Below, in pieces: positions 1 to 9,553 of a stretch of DNA of 64,000 nt (position 1 is the stretch's first letter; the number at the start of each line of letters is the position of its first letter). The notes beneath the pieces were generated by a model. The model was not told where the DNA came from, searched no databases, and was given only the letters and a program-made list of their open reading frames with translations. Position numbers and translations under genes: made by a program. This DNA is from Peptostreptococcaceae bacterium. GTDB taxonomy: Bacteria > Bacillota > Clostridia > Peptostreptococcales > Acidaminobacteraceae. The stretch lies in NCBI GenBank assembly GCA_027064135.1, contig JAMOQG010000044.1, positions 16,274 through 80,273 on the forward strand. Direction: 5' to 3'.

Positions 1-112
1 TACGAATATTGATGGAGCTGTAATTATATAAGCTGGACCTTTTAAGGAAGCTTATGGTTTTTGACCGATTGATAAAACCAATTATTACACAAATTATAAG
101 GAGGTCATTATT

Positions 113-1519
113 ATGATGCGATCATTGTATGCCGCTGTTTCAGGGCTAAGGGTACATCAAACAAAAATGGATGTTATTGGTAATAATATTGCAAATGTTA
201 ATACTGTTGGATTTAAAAGTTCTTCGGTAACGTTTAAAGAAGTATTTTCTCAGACTGTTAAAGGAGCAGGTTCTCCAACAGCTGGAAAAGGTGGAACAAA
301 TCCACAACAAATTGGTTTAGGTGTAGGTATGGGTTCGATTTCAGTTAATCACTCAAAAGGTTCTACTCAAAGAACAGATAATCCTACTGATTTAATGATA
401 GATGGAAATGGTTTTTTTGTAGTAACAAATGATGCTAATGCACAAAATAAATTTTACACAAGAGCGGGTAATTTCACTGTTGATAGAAATGGAAATTTAG
501 TTACAACTGATGGTTACAAAGTATTAGATACTGATATGAAACCTGTTCAAATTAATAAATCTGATACCAAAGAAGCTACAGAAACAGATCAGTTATTACT
601 TCAAGGAAATATTAATAGTGGTGATGGAGATTATACAACAACTGTAGATGTATATGATTCGTTGGGTGATGTTCATACTTTAGATGTTAATTTCATTGGG
701 AATGCAGTTCCAATTGAATTTACACCATCTAGTTTGCCTAATCCGGCTGATGATCCTAAATATGTCGATGGCAGTACTACGTATGATACAACAAATCAAG
801 ATTATTTCTTAAAAAGAGTTTCAATAACTAATGATTTAGCAACAAATACTAATGGTGGAGTTGGTGTGCGAACAGATAATGCAACTTTTGTAGCTGCTGA
901 AGATGTATATGCGCTTTTTAATGAAGATGGACAAGTTGTAGATTATATTCAAGTTCCTACTGATCCTACTTTAGGAACGCCAGCTTCGATTACAAGTTTT
1001 TCTGATACTTTAACTTTAAATTTAGAAGGTGCTGATGATTTAGATTTAGTTATTGATAGAAAAATGTTTTTTCAAAATGGCAATACAACAAAATCAAGAA
1101 CTTTTACGGAATATTCACAAGAAACTGATGCTAAAACAGTAGCTTTTGATGGTAATAGTGCAGGAAGTATTAATTCATTCAACATTTCATCTAAAGGTGA
1201 AGTTGTTGGTGTATTTACTAATGGAGAAAGACAAACATTAGCTGTAATTACTTTAGCTGATTTTGATAATCCTGCTGGACTTGAAAAAATCGGTAGCAAT
1301 ATGTTTATAGATACAAATAACTCAGGAACTCCTAAATATGGTCAACCTTCAACAGGTAGTTTCGGAGCACTTAATCCAGGTGCATTAGAAATGTCAAATG
1401 TAGATTTAGCAAAACAATTTACTGAAATGATTACAACGCAAAGAGGTTTTCAAGCAAATTCAAGAGTTATTACAACTTCGGATGAAATATTGCAAGAACT
1501 AGTTAACTTAAAAAGATAA
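113..1519 (+). CDS. flgE: flagellar hook protein FlgE
   Basis: 468-aa ORF. N-terminal rod/hook signature SLYAAVSGL..MDVIGNNIANVNTVGFK and C-terminal GALEMSNVDL..TEMITTQRGFQANSRVITTSDEILQELVNL. AAGGAGG SD sits 7-8 nt upstream. Confidence 0.9.
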   Translation: MMRSLYAAVSGLRVHQTKMDVIGNNIANVNTVGFKSSSVTFKEVFSQTVKGAGSPTAGKGGTNPQQIGLGVGMGSISVNHSKGSTQRTDNPTDLMIDGNGFFVVTNDANAQNKFYTRAGNFTVDRNGNLVTTDGYKVLDTDMKPVQINKSDTKEATETDQLLLQGNINSGDGDYTTTVDVYDSLGDVHTLDVNFIGNAVPIEFTPSSLPNPADDPKYVDGSTTYDTTNQDYFLKRVSITNDLATNTNGGVGVRTDNATFVAAEDVYALFNEDGQVVDYIQVPTDPTLGTPASITSFSDTLTLNLEGADDLDLVIDRKMFFQNGNTTKSRTFTEYSQETDAKTVAFDGNSAGSINSFNISSKGEVVGVFTNGERQTLAVITLADFDNPAGLEKIGSNMFIDTNNSGTPKYGQPSTGSFGALNPGALEMSNVDLAKQFTEMITTQRGFQANSRVITTSDEILQELVNLKR

Positions 1520-1526
1520 ATAGTAT

Positions 1527-1551
1527 GAATACCTAGGTTTCCTAGGTATTC
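1527..1551 (+). terminator. perfect 11-bp stem-loop after flgE (GAATACCTAGG-TTT-CCTAGGTATTC), likely a partial terminator or mRNA-stabilising hairpin
   Basis: Hand-paired perfect inverted repeat 8 nt after the flgE stop. It is followed only by TTATT, so termination is probably leaky. Confidence 0.45.
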
Positions 1552-1568
1552 TTATTAAAGGTGGGAAT

Positions 1569-1751
1569 ATGATAAAACTGACTAAATTTAATGGTAGTGT
1601 GTTTGTTTTAAATGAGGATTTAATTGAATATATGGAAGAAACACCAGATACGATAATTACTCTTTCAAATGATAAAAAATTGATCATTGAAGAAGGTGTT
1701 GACGAAGTGATAGAAAAAATTATAAAATATAAAAGAAAGATACATATTTAG
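1569..1751 (+). CDS. flbD: flagellar protein FlbD
   Basis: 60 aa. MIKLTKFNG..F.LN.DLIEYMEETPDTIITL.N.KK..IEE.V.EVIEKII.YKR matches the FlbD family pattern. Position between flgE and motA is typical. Confidence 0.8.
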   Translation: MIKLTKFNGSVFVLNEDLIEYMEETPDTIITLSNDKKLIIEEGVDEVIEKIIKYKRKIHI

Positions 1752-1763
1752 AGAGGTGAAGTT

Positions 1764-2546
1764 ATGGATATAGCAACTATTGGCGGTATAGTAATGGGTT
1801 TAGCTTTGGTAGTATGGGGTATATTAACTAATGCAAGTCTTAGTGCATATATTGATACCGCTTCAATACTTATTGTAGTTGGTGGAGGTACAGCGGCGTA
1901 TTTTGTTTCGTACCCAATGGCAAAAGCGTTATCCATAGGCAGTGTATTTGCCAAAACAATAAAAATGAGTGAATTTAGCCCGAAGACAATAATAAAACAA
2001 ATTATTGAATTAGCAAATGTTGCTAGAAGAGAAGGACTACTCGCACTTGAAGATGCAACTAGTGATATTAAAGATGCTTTTTTGCAAAAGGGTATAATGC
2101 TAATTGTTGATGGGACAGATCCTGAACTTGTTAAAGATATTTTGGAAAGCGAAATTTCAAACGTTGAAGAAAGACACAGTGTTGGAAGTGGAATGCTAGA
2201 AGCTCTTGGAGCTAATTTCCCTGCTTTTGGAATGGTTGGCACATTGATTGGTCTTGTTGGTATGCTTCAAAGTTTGGATGATCCTACAACGATTGGTCCT
2301 AAAATGGCTGTTGCGTTACTTACTACTTTTTATGGATCATTATTTGCAAATTTAATTTTTTTGCCTATGGCAGGTAAATTAAACTATAAAAGTGCTGAAG
2401 AAATTTTAATTCGAACAATTATGCTCGAAGGGTTGTTGTCTATTCAAGCGGGTGAAAATCCAAGGATAATTGAAGAAAAATTAAAATCATTCTTACCACC
2501 ATCTGAAAGAAAGAAAATGGAAGGTGAGGGTGGAAAAGATGAGTAG
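1764..2546 (+). CDS. motA: flagellar stator protein MotA
   Basis: 260 aa, 4-TM MotA/TolQ/ExbB architecture. C-terminal motif FPAFGMVGTLIGLV..M and GPKMAVALLTTFYGSLFANLIFLP. Confidence 0.9.
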   Translation: MDIATIGGIVMGLALVVWGILTNASLSAYIDTASILIVVGGGTAAYFVSYPMAKALSIGSVFAKTIKMSEFSPKTIIKQIIELANVARREGLLALEDATSDIKDAFLQKGIMLIVDGTDPELVKDILESEISNVEERHSVGSGMLEALGANFPAFGMVGTLIGLVGMLQSLDDPTTIGPKMAVALLTTFYGSLFANLIFLPMAGKLNYKSAEEILIRTIMLEGLLSIQAGENPRIIEEKLKSFLPPSERKKMEGEGGKDE

Positions 2547-3303
2547 AGAGAAAAAATGTCCAGAATGTAAGGCTGGAGCACCGGAATGGATGGTTACATA
2601 TGGTGATTTAGTTACTTTACTAATGTGTTTTTTCGTTTTGCTATTTGCTTTTTCATCAATAGATGCTCAAAAATTTGAGGCTGTAATGCAATCTTTTCAA
2701 GGATCAGCTGGAGTTTTATCAGGAGGTACATCTTTAAGCGAGAGTCCTTTAGTATTTAATGGGATGCCTGAAAATGATGTTTCAGAAGAATCAAAAGATC
2801 AATTGGTTTTAGTAAAATTAAAGGAAGAAATAGATAAACAACTTGAAAAATCAGAAATCGAAATAAATGTAACATCTCAAATAGTTGATGAAGGCTTATT
2901 AATAAGGTTCCCAGATAATGCATTGTTTGATTCAGGGGAAGCCAATCTTAAACCGTCGGCGAGAAAGGCGTTAACGATAATTGGAGAGTTATTACTTGAT
3001 GAAAATTTTTCTTCAAAAGCGATTCGTGTTGAAGGACATACTGATAATGTACCAATGCATACTACTGAATTCCCTTCAAATTGGGAATTGTCAACAACGA
3101 GAGCGACTAATGTAATACGTCATTTTTTAGATAAAGTAGGAATTAATCCAAGACGATTATCAGCATCAGGGTATGGAGAATATTACCCGATAGCTTCAAA
3201 TGACACTTTAGAAGGGCGGAGTAAAAATAGGAGAGTTGACATTCTAATTTTAAGAGATTTCTTTAATGTGGGAAGCGCTGAATTAAATAATAAAGGGGAA
3301 TAA
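2539..3303 (+). CDS. motB: flagellar stator protein MotB (OmpA-like C-terminus)
   Basis: N-terminus GAPEWMVTYGDLVTLLMCFFVLLF (plug/TM with the conserved Asp). C-terminal OmpA-like EGHTDN.P...FPSNWELSTTRA...SKNRRVDILI. The ATG at 2539 is preferred over the tracked GTG at 2524 and overlaps the motA stop. Confidence 0.9.
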   Translation: MSREKKCPECKAGAPEWMVTYGDLVTLLMCFFVLLFAFSSIDAQKFEAVMQSFQGSAGVLSGGTSLSESPLVFNGMPENDVSEESKDQLVLVKLKEEIDKQLEKSEIEINVTSQIVDEGLLIRFPDNALFDSGEANLKPSARKALTIIGELLLDENFSSKAIRVEGHTDNVPMHTTEFPSNWELSTTRATNVIRHFLDKVGINPRRLSASGYGEYYPIASNDTLEGRSKNRRVDILILRDFFNVGSAELNNKGE

Positions 3304-3305
3304 AT

Positions 3306-3716
3306 ATGAAGAAAATTATTATAATTGGTGTAGTAGCAGTAGTTTTAATAGTCGGTGGAATTTTAGCTTATTTTATGATATTTAAATCTGATCCAAAAGA
3401 AGTTGAAATTGTGTATTTTGAGTATTCGTTTGATGAAGGTTATTTTAATTTATCGGATGAAAATAAAATTGCAAAAGCAACTATTGTAATAGAATATACA
3501 GATGAGGAAGTTTTAGCACAAATTACTAAAAAGAAAACAGCTTTAGTTAACAATATTAATGAAATTTTTAGAAGAGAAAAATATGAAGACGTTTCGAAAG
3601 CTACTGGTATGCAAAGATTAAGAGAAAAAATTAAGCAAATGGTAATAGAAACACTTGAAAGCGATTCTGATAAAATTACAAATGTTTATTTTGAAACTTT
3701 TATTATACAAGGATAA
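3306..3716 (+). CDS. fliL: flagellar basal-body-associated protein FliL
   Basis: 136 aa, single N-terminal TM, C-terminal ..ITNVYFETFIIQ typical of FliL. Position upstream of fliM fits. Confidence 0.7.
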   Translation: MKKIIIIGVVAVVLIVGGILAYFMIFKSDPKEVEIVYFEYSFDEGYFNLSDENKIAKATIVIEYTDEEVLAQITKKKTALVNNINEIFRREKYEDVSKATGMQRLREKIKQMVIETLESDSDKITNVYFETFIIQG

Positions 3717-3746
3717 ATTTAGAGACATAAAAATGGAGGTGGTTAA

Positions 3747-4751
3747 ATGTCAGAAGTATTATCACAAAATGAAATTGATGAACTGTTAACCGCCTTAAAT
3801 ACCGGCGAAGTCGATGTTAAAGAGATAGAAGAAGAGCAAAATGAAAAGAAAGTACGAAAATATGACTTTAAAAGACCGGATAAATTTGCAAAAGAACAAT
3901 TAAGGACTTTAGAAAATATTCATGATAATTACTCAAGACTTTTAAATAACTTTTTATCTGGTTATTTAAGAACTTTTACTGAAGTTGAAGTTTTATCAAC
4001 TCAAAGTTTGATTTTTAATGAGTTTAGTAATTCTGTTTCAAATCCCGCTATATTAGGAATTGTAAAATTAGAGCCTTTAGAAGGTGAAATCATTATTGAA
4101 TTATCTTCTGATATAGTGTTTAAAATTATTGAACGAGTTTTAGGTGGAAGTGAAAAAGATAGTAGTAATCCGGTTTCTAGAACTTTAACTGAAATTGAAA
4201 TTTCTCTTTTAAAATCTTTTCTTAAGAAATTTTTAAAATTGATGAAAGATTCATGGGAAAGTATAATTGAATTGAATCCAAAACTAATTAATATAGAAAC
4301 TAATTCTCAATTTGCGCAAATCGCTTCACCAACTGAATCGATTGCATTGATAACATTAAACCTTAAAATAAATAATTCGGAGGGCATGATGAACATTTGC
4401 CTTCCACATAAAGTAATTGAACCAATTTTACCTAATTTAAGTTCAAAAATGTGGTTCTCTGATATTTCAAAAAAGCCTATTACTGAAGAACAGAAAGGTC
4501 AAGTTATAAAACAGCTAGCTAAAACTAATCTTTCTGTTAAAGCTGTAATTGGTGGTACAAATATAAGTGTAAAAGAGCTTTTAAATATTAGAAAAGGAGA
4601 TGTTTTAGTTCTTGATAGAAAAGCAGATCAAGAAATTGATATTTATGTTGATGATGAACTAAAATTTAAAGGAATACCTGGTAAAAATAAAAATAAAGTT
4701 GCAGTTAAAATAAAAGGAATTTATCAGAAAGGAGATGCATACAATGGCTGA
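3747..4751 (+). CDS. fliM: flagellar motor switch protein FliM
   Basis: 334 aa. N-terminal CheY-P binding peptide LSQNEIDELL, then KVRKYDFKRPDKF. C-terminal SpoA/FliN-like domain. Confidence 0.9.
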   Translation: MSEVLSQNEIDELLTALNTGEVDVKEIEEEQNEKKVRKYDFKRPDKFAKEQLRTLENIHDNYSRLLNNFLSGYLRTFTEVEVLSTQSLIFNEFSNSVSNPAILGIVKLEPLEGEIIIELSSDIVFKIIERVLGGSEKDSSNPVSRTLTEIEISLLKSFLKKFLKLMKDSWESIIELNPKLINIETNSQFAQIASPTESIALITLNLKINNSEGMMNICLPHKVIEPILPNLSSKMWFSDISKKPITEEQKGQVIKQLAKTNLSVKAVIGGTNISVKELLNIRKGDVLVLDRKADQEIDIYVDDELKFKGIPGKNKNKVAVKIKGIYQKGDAYNG

Positions 4752-5832
4752 TGGATTATTATCTCAAGATGAAATAGATGCACTGTTAAATGGTTCAGAT
4801 GAATTAGATGAACTTACACCTGAAGAAATTGATGCTATGGGTGAAATAGGAAATATAAGTATGGGTACTGCAGCAACAACATTGTATACTCTACTTGGAC
4901 AAAAAGTGACTATTACCACTCCTAAAGTTGAAGTAACTACGTTAAAAAAGATGTATGATGATATTACAGTTCCACATGTTTTGATCAAAATTTCTTATAA
5001 AACTGGTATTGAAGGAATGAATTTGTTAGCCATAAAAGAAGAAGATGTAAAAATTATTACAGATTTAATGATGGGTGGCGACGGGACGAATGTTTCTGAT
5101 GAACTTACAGATATGCATTTGAGTGCGATTAGTGAAGCTATGAATCAGATGGTAGGATCTTCTTCTACGTCGTTATCACAAATGTTGGGTGAAACAATAG
5201 ATATTCAACCACCAGAAGCGATTAGAAATAATAGTGATGGTATAGATTATGATGAAATTGGATTGGATAGTGACGAAACAATTACTGTTACATCTTTTCA
5301 AATGAAAATTGGAGAATTGATTGATAGTGAAATAATGCAAATAATGCCAATAGAAGTAAGTAGGCAATTAGTGGAAAAATTATCTCAACCTGAGGAAGAA
5401 ATAGTTGATGAACCTGTTGTGGAAAGGGAGTTAGAACCTATTGTAGAAACTCCAACGCCTGCAAAGACAGTTTCGGCAACACCACGAGAAAATCCTATTC
5501 AAAATGAAAGAAAAGTTAATGCTCAACCGTTAGAGTTGAATAATTTTAGTGACAATATAGATACAAAGTATTATAATAATGATATAGAATTAATAAAAGA
5601 GGTTCCTTTAGAAATCACTGTAGAATTAGGAAGAACTCATAAGAAAATAAGTGAAATTTTAGAGGTTGGTGAAGGAACGATTATTGAATTGAATAGCATA
5701 GTTGGCGAATCGCTGAATATATTGGCTAATGGAAAGATGATTGCAAAAGGTGAGGTAGTTGTTGTAGATGAAAACTATGGAGTTAGAATCACTGATATTA
5801 TTAAACCAGAAAAAATTATTGAACGGATTTAA
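4735..5832 (+). CDS. fliY: flagellar motor switch protein FliY (CheC-like N-terminus + FliN C-terminus)
   Basis: 365 aa. LSQDEIDALL peptide, CheC-like EIGNISMGTAATTL and SAISEAMNQMVGS repeats. C-terminal FliN domain LEITVELGRT...I.EL...VGE.L.ILANGK.IAKGEVVVVDENYGVRITDI. Confidence 0.85.
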   Translation: MHTMADGLLSQDEIDALLNGSDELDELTPEEIDAMGEIGNISMGTAATTLYTLLGQKVTITTPKVEVTTLKKMYDDITVPHVLIKISYKTGIEGMNLLAIKEEDVKIITDLMMGGDGTNVSDELTDMHLSAISEAMNQMVGSSSTSLSQMLGETIDIQPPEAIRNNSDGIDYDEIGLDSDETITVTSFQMKIGELIDSEIMQIMPIEVSRQLVEKLSQPEEEIVDEPVVERELEPIVETPTPAKTVSATPRENPIQNERKVNAQPLELNNFSDNIDTKYYNNDIELIKEVPLEITVELGRTHKKISEILEVGEGTIIELNSIVGESLNILANGKMIAKGEVVVVDENYGVRITDIIKPEKIIERI

Positions 5833-5843
5833 GGAGGAAATTA

Positions 5844-6206
5844 ATGGGTGAGGGCATATTAATAGTTGATGATGCGGCTTTTATGCGAATGATGATAAAA
5901 GATGTGTTAACAAAAAATAACTATGAGGTTGTAGGTGAGGCTGAAAATGGTAAAAAAGGTATTGAAAAATATCAAGAATTGAATCCTAAACTAGTAATAA
6001 TGGATATTACTATGCCGGAGGTTAATGGAATTGAAGCAGTAAAAAAAATAAAAGAAATAGATTCAGAAGCAACTGTAATAATGTGCTCTGCAATGGGACA
6101 ACAGGCGATGGTAATTGAGGCTATTCAAGCTGGTGCAAAAGATTTTATTGTAAAGCCATTTCAAGCTGATCGAATTATTGAAGCGGTGAAAAAAGCTATA
6201 GGGTAA
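5844..6206 (+). CDS. cheY: chemotaxis response regulator CheY
   Basis: 120-aa single REC domain: ILIVDDAAFMR, MDITMPEVNG, FIVKPF. Confidence 0.9.
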   Translation: MGEGILIVDDAAFMRMMIKDVLTKNNYEVVGEAENGKKGIEKYQELNPKLVIMDITMPEVNGIEAVKKIKEIDSEATVIMCSAMGQQAMVIEAIQAGAKDFIVKPFQADRIIEAVKKAIG

Positions 6207-6269
6207 ATTTAAAGGAGAAGTATACATTAATGTTGCTTTTCCTTTTGTAGTAAAAAATAAGGTGGAATA

Positions 6270-6620
6270 ATGACTGCTTATGAGTTTTTATCTGTATTTG
6301 GGTTGATAATTTTATTTATCGTTTTTTTTTATATAGTTTATTTAACAACTGCGTTTGTTGGCAAAATGAATAAAAACTACAATATAAATAAGAATATTAA
6401 AATAATTGAAAAAGTAACTATTGGTAACAATATGTTTTTAATGTTGATAGAATTGGATAATAATAATTATTTGATTTCAGTAGCAAAAGATTCTATTTCT
6501 TTCATTGATAAAATTGAAGATTTAACTTTAATAGATGCAAACAAAAAAAATGTTGATGAGAAATTTAATAGTGTTTTGCTGAGTAAAATAAGAAAAACAA
6601 TAACTAATAAAGAAAAGTAG
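6270..6620 (+). CDS. fliO: flagellar biosynthesis protein FliO/FliZ family
   Basis: 116 aa, one N-terminal TM. Conserved slot between cheY and fliP. The central I.IIEKV.IG.N..L.LIE.....YLISV resembles the FliO domain. Confidence 0.55.
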   Translation: MTAYEFLSVFGLIILFIVFFYIVYLTTAFVGKMNKNYNINKNIKIIEKVTIGNNMFLMLIELDNNNYLISVAKDSISFIDKIEDLTLIDANKKNVDEKFNSVLLSKIRKTITNKEK

Positions 6621-6626
6621 GGAAAC

Positions 6627-7400
6627 ATGAAATCATTAAAATGGAAACTCATATTAAGTTTAATAATTATTTTAACAATTAATTTTTCTGCGGGTATTAT
6701 AACTTTTGCCGAAGGCGAAACGTTTGATATACCTGGAATAAATATTCAAGTAAATCAGCCTGATACAAATAAAGAAGTTGCTGATAGTATAAAAATAATT
6801 GCATTATTGACAATTTTAGGGTTAGCACCATCTATTTTAATTATGATGACTTCATTTACAAGATTTATCATTGTTTTTTCTTTTTTAAGAAAAGCAATGT
6901 CTTTGCAAGCTACGCCACCTAATCAAGTGTTAGTTGGATTAGCATTATTTTTGACATTATTTGTAATGATGCCAGTAATAACTGATGTGATGGAAAATGC
7001 GTTTGAGCCTTTTTCAAATGGTGAAATTTCTCAGGAAGTGGCAATAGAAAGAGCACAAAAGCCTGTAAAAGAATTTATGTTAAAGCAAGTTAGATCAAAA
7101 GATTTAGCTTTATTTCTAAAAATTTCCAATAAGGAAGATATCGAGTCTTTAGATGATGTTCCTATTACTTCGCTAATTCCAGCTTTTATCATAAGTGAAC
7201 TTACAACAGGGTTTGAAATTGGATTTTTACTATTTATACCGTTCATTGTTATTGATATGATAGTCGCATCAACCTTAATGGCTCTTGGTATGATGATGTT
7301 ACCACCGGTAATGATTTCATTACCGTTTAAAATATTATTGTTTGTTTTGGTTGATGGATGGCATTTGATTGTTGAGAAGTTAATTTTAAGTGTAAGGTAG
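6627..7400 (+). CDS. fliP: flagellar export apparatus protein FliP
   Basis: 257 aa with signal-like N-terminus. Signatures TSFTRFIIVFSFLR.A...Q..PPNQVL.GLALFLT.FVM.P and GF.IGFLLFIPF.VID..VAS.LM..GMMMLPP. Confidence 0.95.
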   Translation: MKSLKWKLILSLIIILTINFSAGIITFAEGETFDIPGINIQVNQPDTNKEVADSIKIIALLTILGLAPSILIMMTSFTRFIIVFSFLRKAMSLQATPPNQVLVGLALFLTLFVMMPVITDVMENAFEPFSNGEISQEVAIERAQKPVKEFMLKQVRSKDLALFLKISNKEDIESLDDVPITSLIPAFIISELTTGFEIGFLLFIPFIVIDMIVASTLMALGMMMLPPVMISLPFKILLFVLVDGWHLIVEKLILSVR

Positions 7401-7407
7401 GTGGGAA

Positions 7408-7677
7408 ATGAGTAAAGGTATAATTGTAGATGTTTTTGTGGATGCAATAAAAACTATTATAATGCTTTCTTCTCCTATGCTTATAATTGCGCTTTTAGTT
7501 GGATTTACTGTTGCAGTTTTCCAAGCGACAACTCAAATCCAGGAGCAAACACTTGCGTTTGTACCAAAGATAATGGCGATATTATTAGTGATAATGTTTT
7601 CTTCAAATTGGATTATTAATTCTTTAATTGAATTTACGCTTAGAGTTTATAATTTAATTGATACAATTACATTGTAG
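7408..7677 (+). CDS. fliQ: flagellar export apparatus protein FliQ
   Basis: 89 aa, 2 TM. VAVFQATTQIQEQTLAFVPKI motif. Confidence 0.9.
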   Translation: MSKGIIVDVFVDAIKTIIMLSSPMLIIALLVGFTVAVFQATTQIQEQTLAFVPKIMAILLVIMFSSNWIINSLIEFTLRVYNLIDTITL

Positions 7678-7685
7678 GTGATTAT

Positions 7686-8447
7686 ATGATTTATTTAGAT
7701 TATATGATTATTTTGATACTTGTTTTCGTACGAATGACTGCTTTATTTATATTAACGCCAATTTTTAACAATAAAAATGTACCGGTAATTGCTAAAATTG
7801 GATTTATATTTTTTTTGAGCTATATTATAATGCCTATTGTAATTGTAAATAGTAATTTAAGTATTGAAAATTTTTTAGATTTAGGGAAATTTATGGTAAT
7901 AGAATTTACTAATGGTATGGCTTTTGGATTTGTAATATCAATTTCACTTAGTTTTATTTATATTGCTGGACTCCTTGTTGATAGAAATATCGGTTTTGCG
8001 ATGGTAAGTGTAATAAGTCCACAAGATGAATCTCAGATTCCAGTATCTGCAAATTTATACTTTTTATTTTTAATGTTAGCTTTTTTTACATTAGATTTTC
8101 ATTTGAAGTTAATTGAAGCGATCGTTAAAACATATGAAATTTTACCTTTAGGAACAAGTATAATTAATTATAGGCTTGTCTATTTTTATACTGAAATAAT
8201 GACTCAAGCGTTTATTGTTGGAGTGCAGATTGCTGCACCTTTTATTTTAACTATTTTAGTTACAAATATAGTATTAGGTTTATTGTCAAAAGCAATGCCT
8301 GGGATGAATGTGTTTCTTATTGGAATGCCTTTAAAAGTGTTTGTTGGATTAGTTACTTTTTTAATAGTTATTCAGTACTATTTTGATGTATTCGATATGC
8401 AATTAGCAAGAATGATTGAGTATATATATAAGCTTATGGGGACTTAG
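7686..8447 (+). CDS. fliR: flagellar export apparatus protein FliR
   Basis: 253-aa polytopic membrane protein in the conserved fliPQR-flhB order. Confidence 0.88.
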   Translation: MIYLDYMIILILVFVRMTALFILTPIFNNKNVPVIAKIGFIFFLSYIIMPIVIVNSNLSIENFLDLGKFMVIEFTNGMAFGFVISISLSFIYIAGLLVDRNIGFAMVSVISPQDESQIPVSANLYFLFLMLAFFTLDFHLKLIEAIVKTYEILPLGTSIINYRLVYFYTEIMTQAFIVGVQIAAPFILTILVTNIVLGLLSKAMPGMNVFLIGMPLKVFVGLVTFLIVIQYYFDVFDMQLARMIEYIYKLMGT

Positions 8448-8455
8448 GAGCAAAC

Positions 8456-9544
8456 ATGGATAAAATTTTATATTTTGATATACAACTTTTTTCAGAAGAA
8501 AAAACAGAATCGGCAACCCCTAAGAAAAAAAGAGATGCTAGAAAAAAAGGACAGGTTCCTGTTAGTAAAGATTTAAGTTCGTCTTTTATTTTACTGTTTA
8601 TATTTATTATAATAAATTTTTTTGCTAAATATTTTTCTGAAAATTTATACTCATTGATATTATTTGTCTATGGCAATATTAAAAATGTGGATGAATTATT
8701 TGAAATTGGAAATTTACTTGTATTTTTTAATCAAGTGATTTATTTTGGAATTAAGATTGCTTTGCCAATTTTACTTACTGCATTATTTACAGGTTTAATA
8801 TTATCATATATACAAGTGGGATTTCTTTTTTCTGTTGATCCAATTAAACCGAAATTAAGTAAAATTAATCCCATAGAAGGTTTTAAAAAATTGTTTTCTA
8901 TAAAATCATTAGTTGAACTTTTTAAATCTCTTGCGAAATCAGCTATACTTGTTATTTACAGTTTCATATTTTTAAAAAGTAGGTTAGTTTATTTGATTGA
9001 ATCTCTTAATTACAGTATTGAAGCATTTATTGCTATAACTTGGGATATTATTTTTAATTTAGTTATTAGAATATCGCTAATGCTAGTTGTTTTAGCAGTT
9101 CTTGATTATGCATATAAAATATGGCAACATAATAAAGATTTGAAAATGACAAAAAAAGAAATAAAAGATGAATATAAGGAGTCTGAAGGAGATCCAATGT
9201 TGAAATCGAAAATTAGGCAAAAGCAAAGAGAATTATCTGCAAGTAGAATGATGCAAGAAGTTCCTGACGCAGATGTCGTAATTACAAATCCGACACATTT
9301 TGCGAATGCAATTAAATACGATTCAGAGTCCGGAAAAGCTCCTACTGTAATTGCGAAAGGAAGAGATTTAATTGCAAATAATATCAAAAAAATTGCAAGA
9401 GAAAATGATATTCCGATAGTTGAAAATAAACCGTTAGCAAGAGAAATTTATAAAATAACAGAAATAGGTGATGAGATTCCAGCCGATTTGTATCATGCGG
9501 TTGCTGAAGTTTTAGCATATGTATATGAATTAAAAAAGAAGTAG
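8456..9544 (+). CDS. flhB: flagellar export switch protein FlhB
   Basis: 362 aa. N-terminal EEKTE.ATPKK..DARKKGQV..S.D and the autocleavage site NPTH (VVITNPTHFA). Confidence 0.95.
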   Translation: MDKILYFDIQLFSEEKTESATPKKKRDARKKGQVPVSKDLSSSFILLFIFIIINFFAKYFSENLYSLILFVYGNIKNVDELFEIGNLLVFFNQVIYFGIKIALPILLTALFTGLILSYIQVGFLFSVDPIKPKLSKINPIEGFKKLFSIKSLVELFKSLAKSAILVIYSFIFLKSRLVYLIESLNYSIEAFIAITWDIIFNLVIRISLMLVVLAVLDYAYKIWQHNKDLKMTKKEIKDEYKESEGDPMLKSKIRQKQRELSASRMMQEVPDADVVITNPTHFANAIKYDSESGKAPTVIAKGRDLIANNIKKIARENDIPIVENKPLAREIYKITEIGDEIPADLYHAVAEVLAYVYELKKK

Positions 9545-9553
9545 GAGTTAAAT

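Noticed and set aside
31-112. Possible sigma-D promoter upstream of flgE (TAAG ... CCGATTGA around 45-72).
   Set aside because: The -10-like CCGAT is present, but the -35 is TAAG rather than TAAA and the spacing is about 18 nt instead of about 15-16. flgE is also normally internal to the operon.
1748-2242. Long antisense ORFs opposite real genes. Examples: 1748-2242, 7031-7447, 16121-16522, 17860-18270, 26483-26818, 29181-29765, 53075-53338, 53413-53745 (all - strand).
   Set aside because: Each lies entirely inside a well-supported + strand gene. Their translations are low-complexity Ser/Ile/Phe/Leu-rich mirror images with no start context or family motifs. They are typical frame -1 shadows of GAA/AAA-rich coding DNA.
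1764-3303. Zorya-like defence idea (MotA/MotB homologues plus the SNF2 helicase at 56302-59409).
   Set aside because: The MotAB pair is embedded between flbD and fliL in the flagellar operon, 53 kb from the helicase. No ZorC-like gene or nuclease domain was seen.
6207-6269. Six-codon mini-ORF (ATGTTGCTTTTCCTTTTGTAG) between cheY and fliO.
   Set aside because: It is too short, has no convincing SD spacing and needs no regulatory explanation. It is most likely chance.
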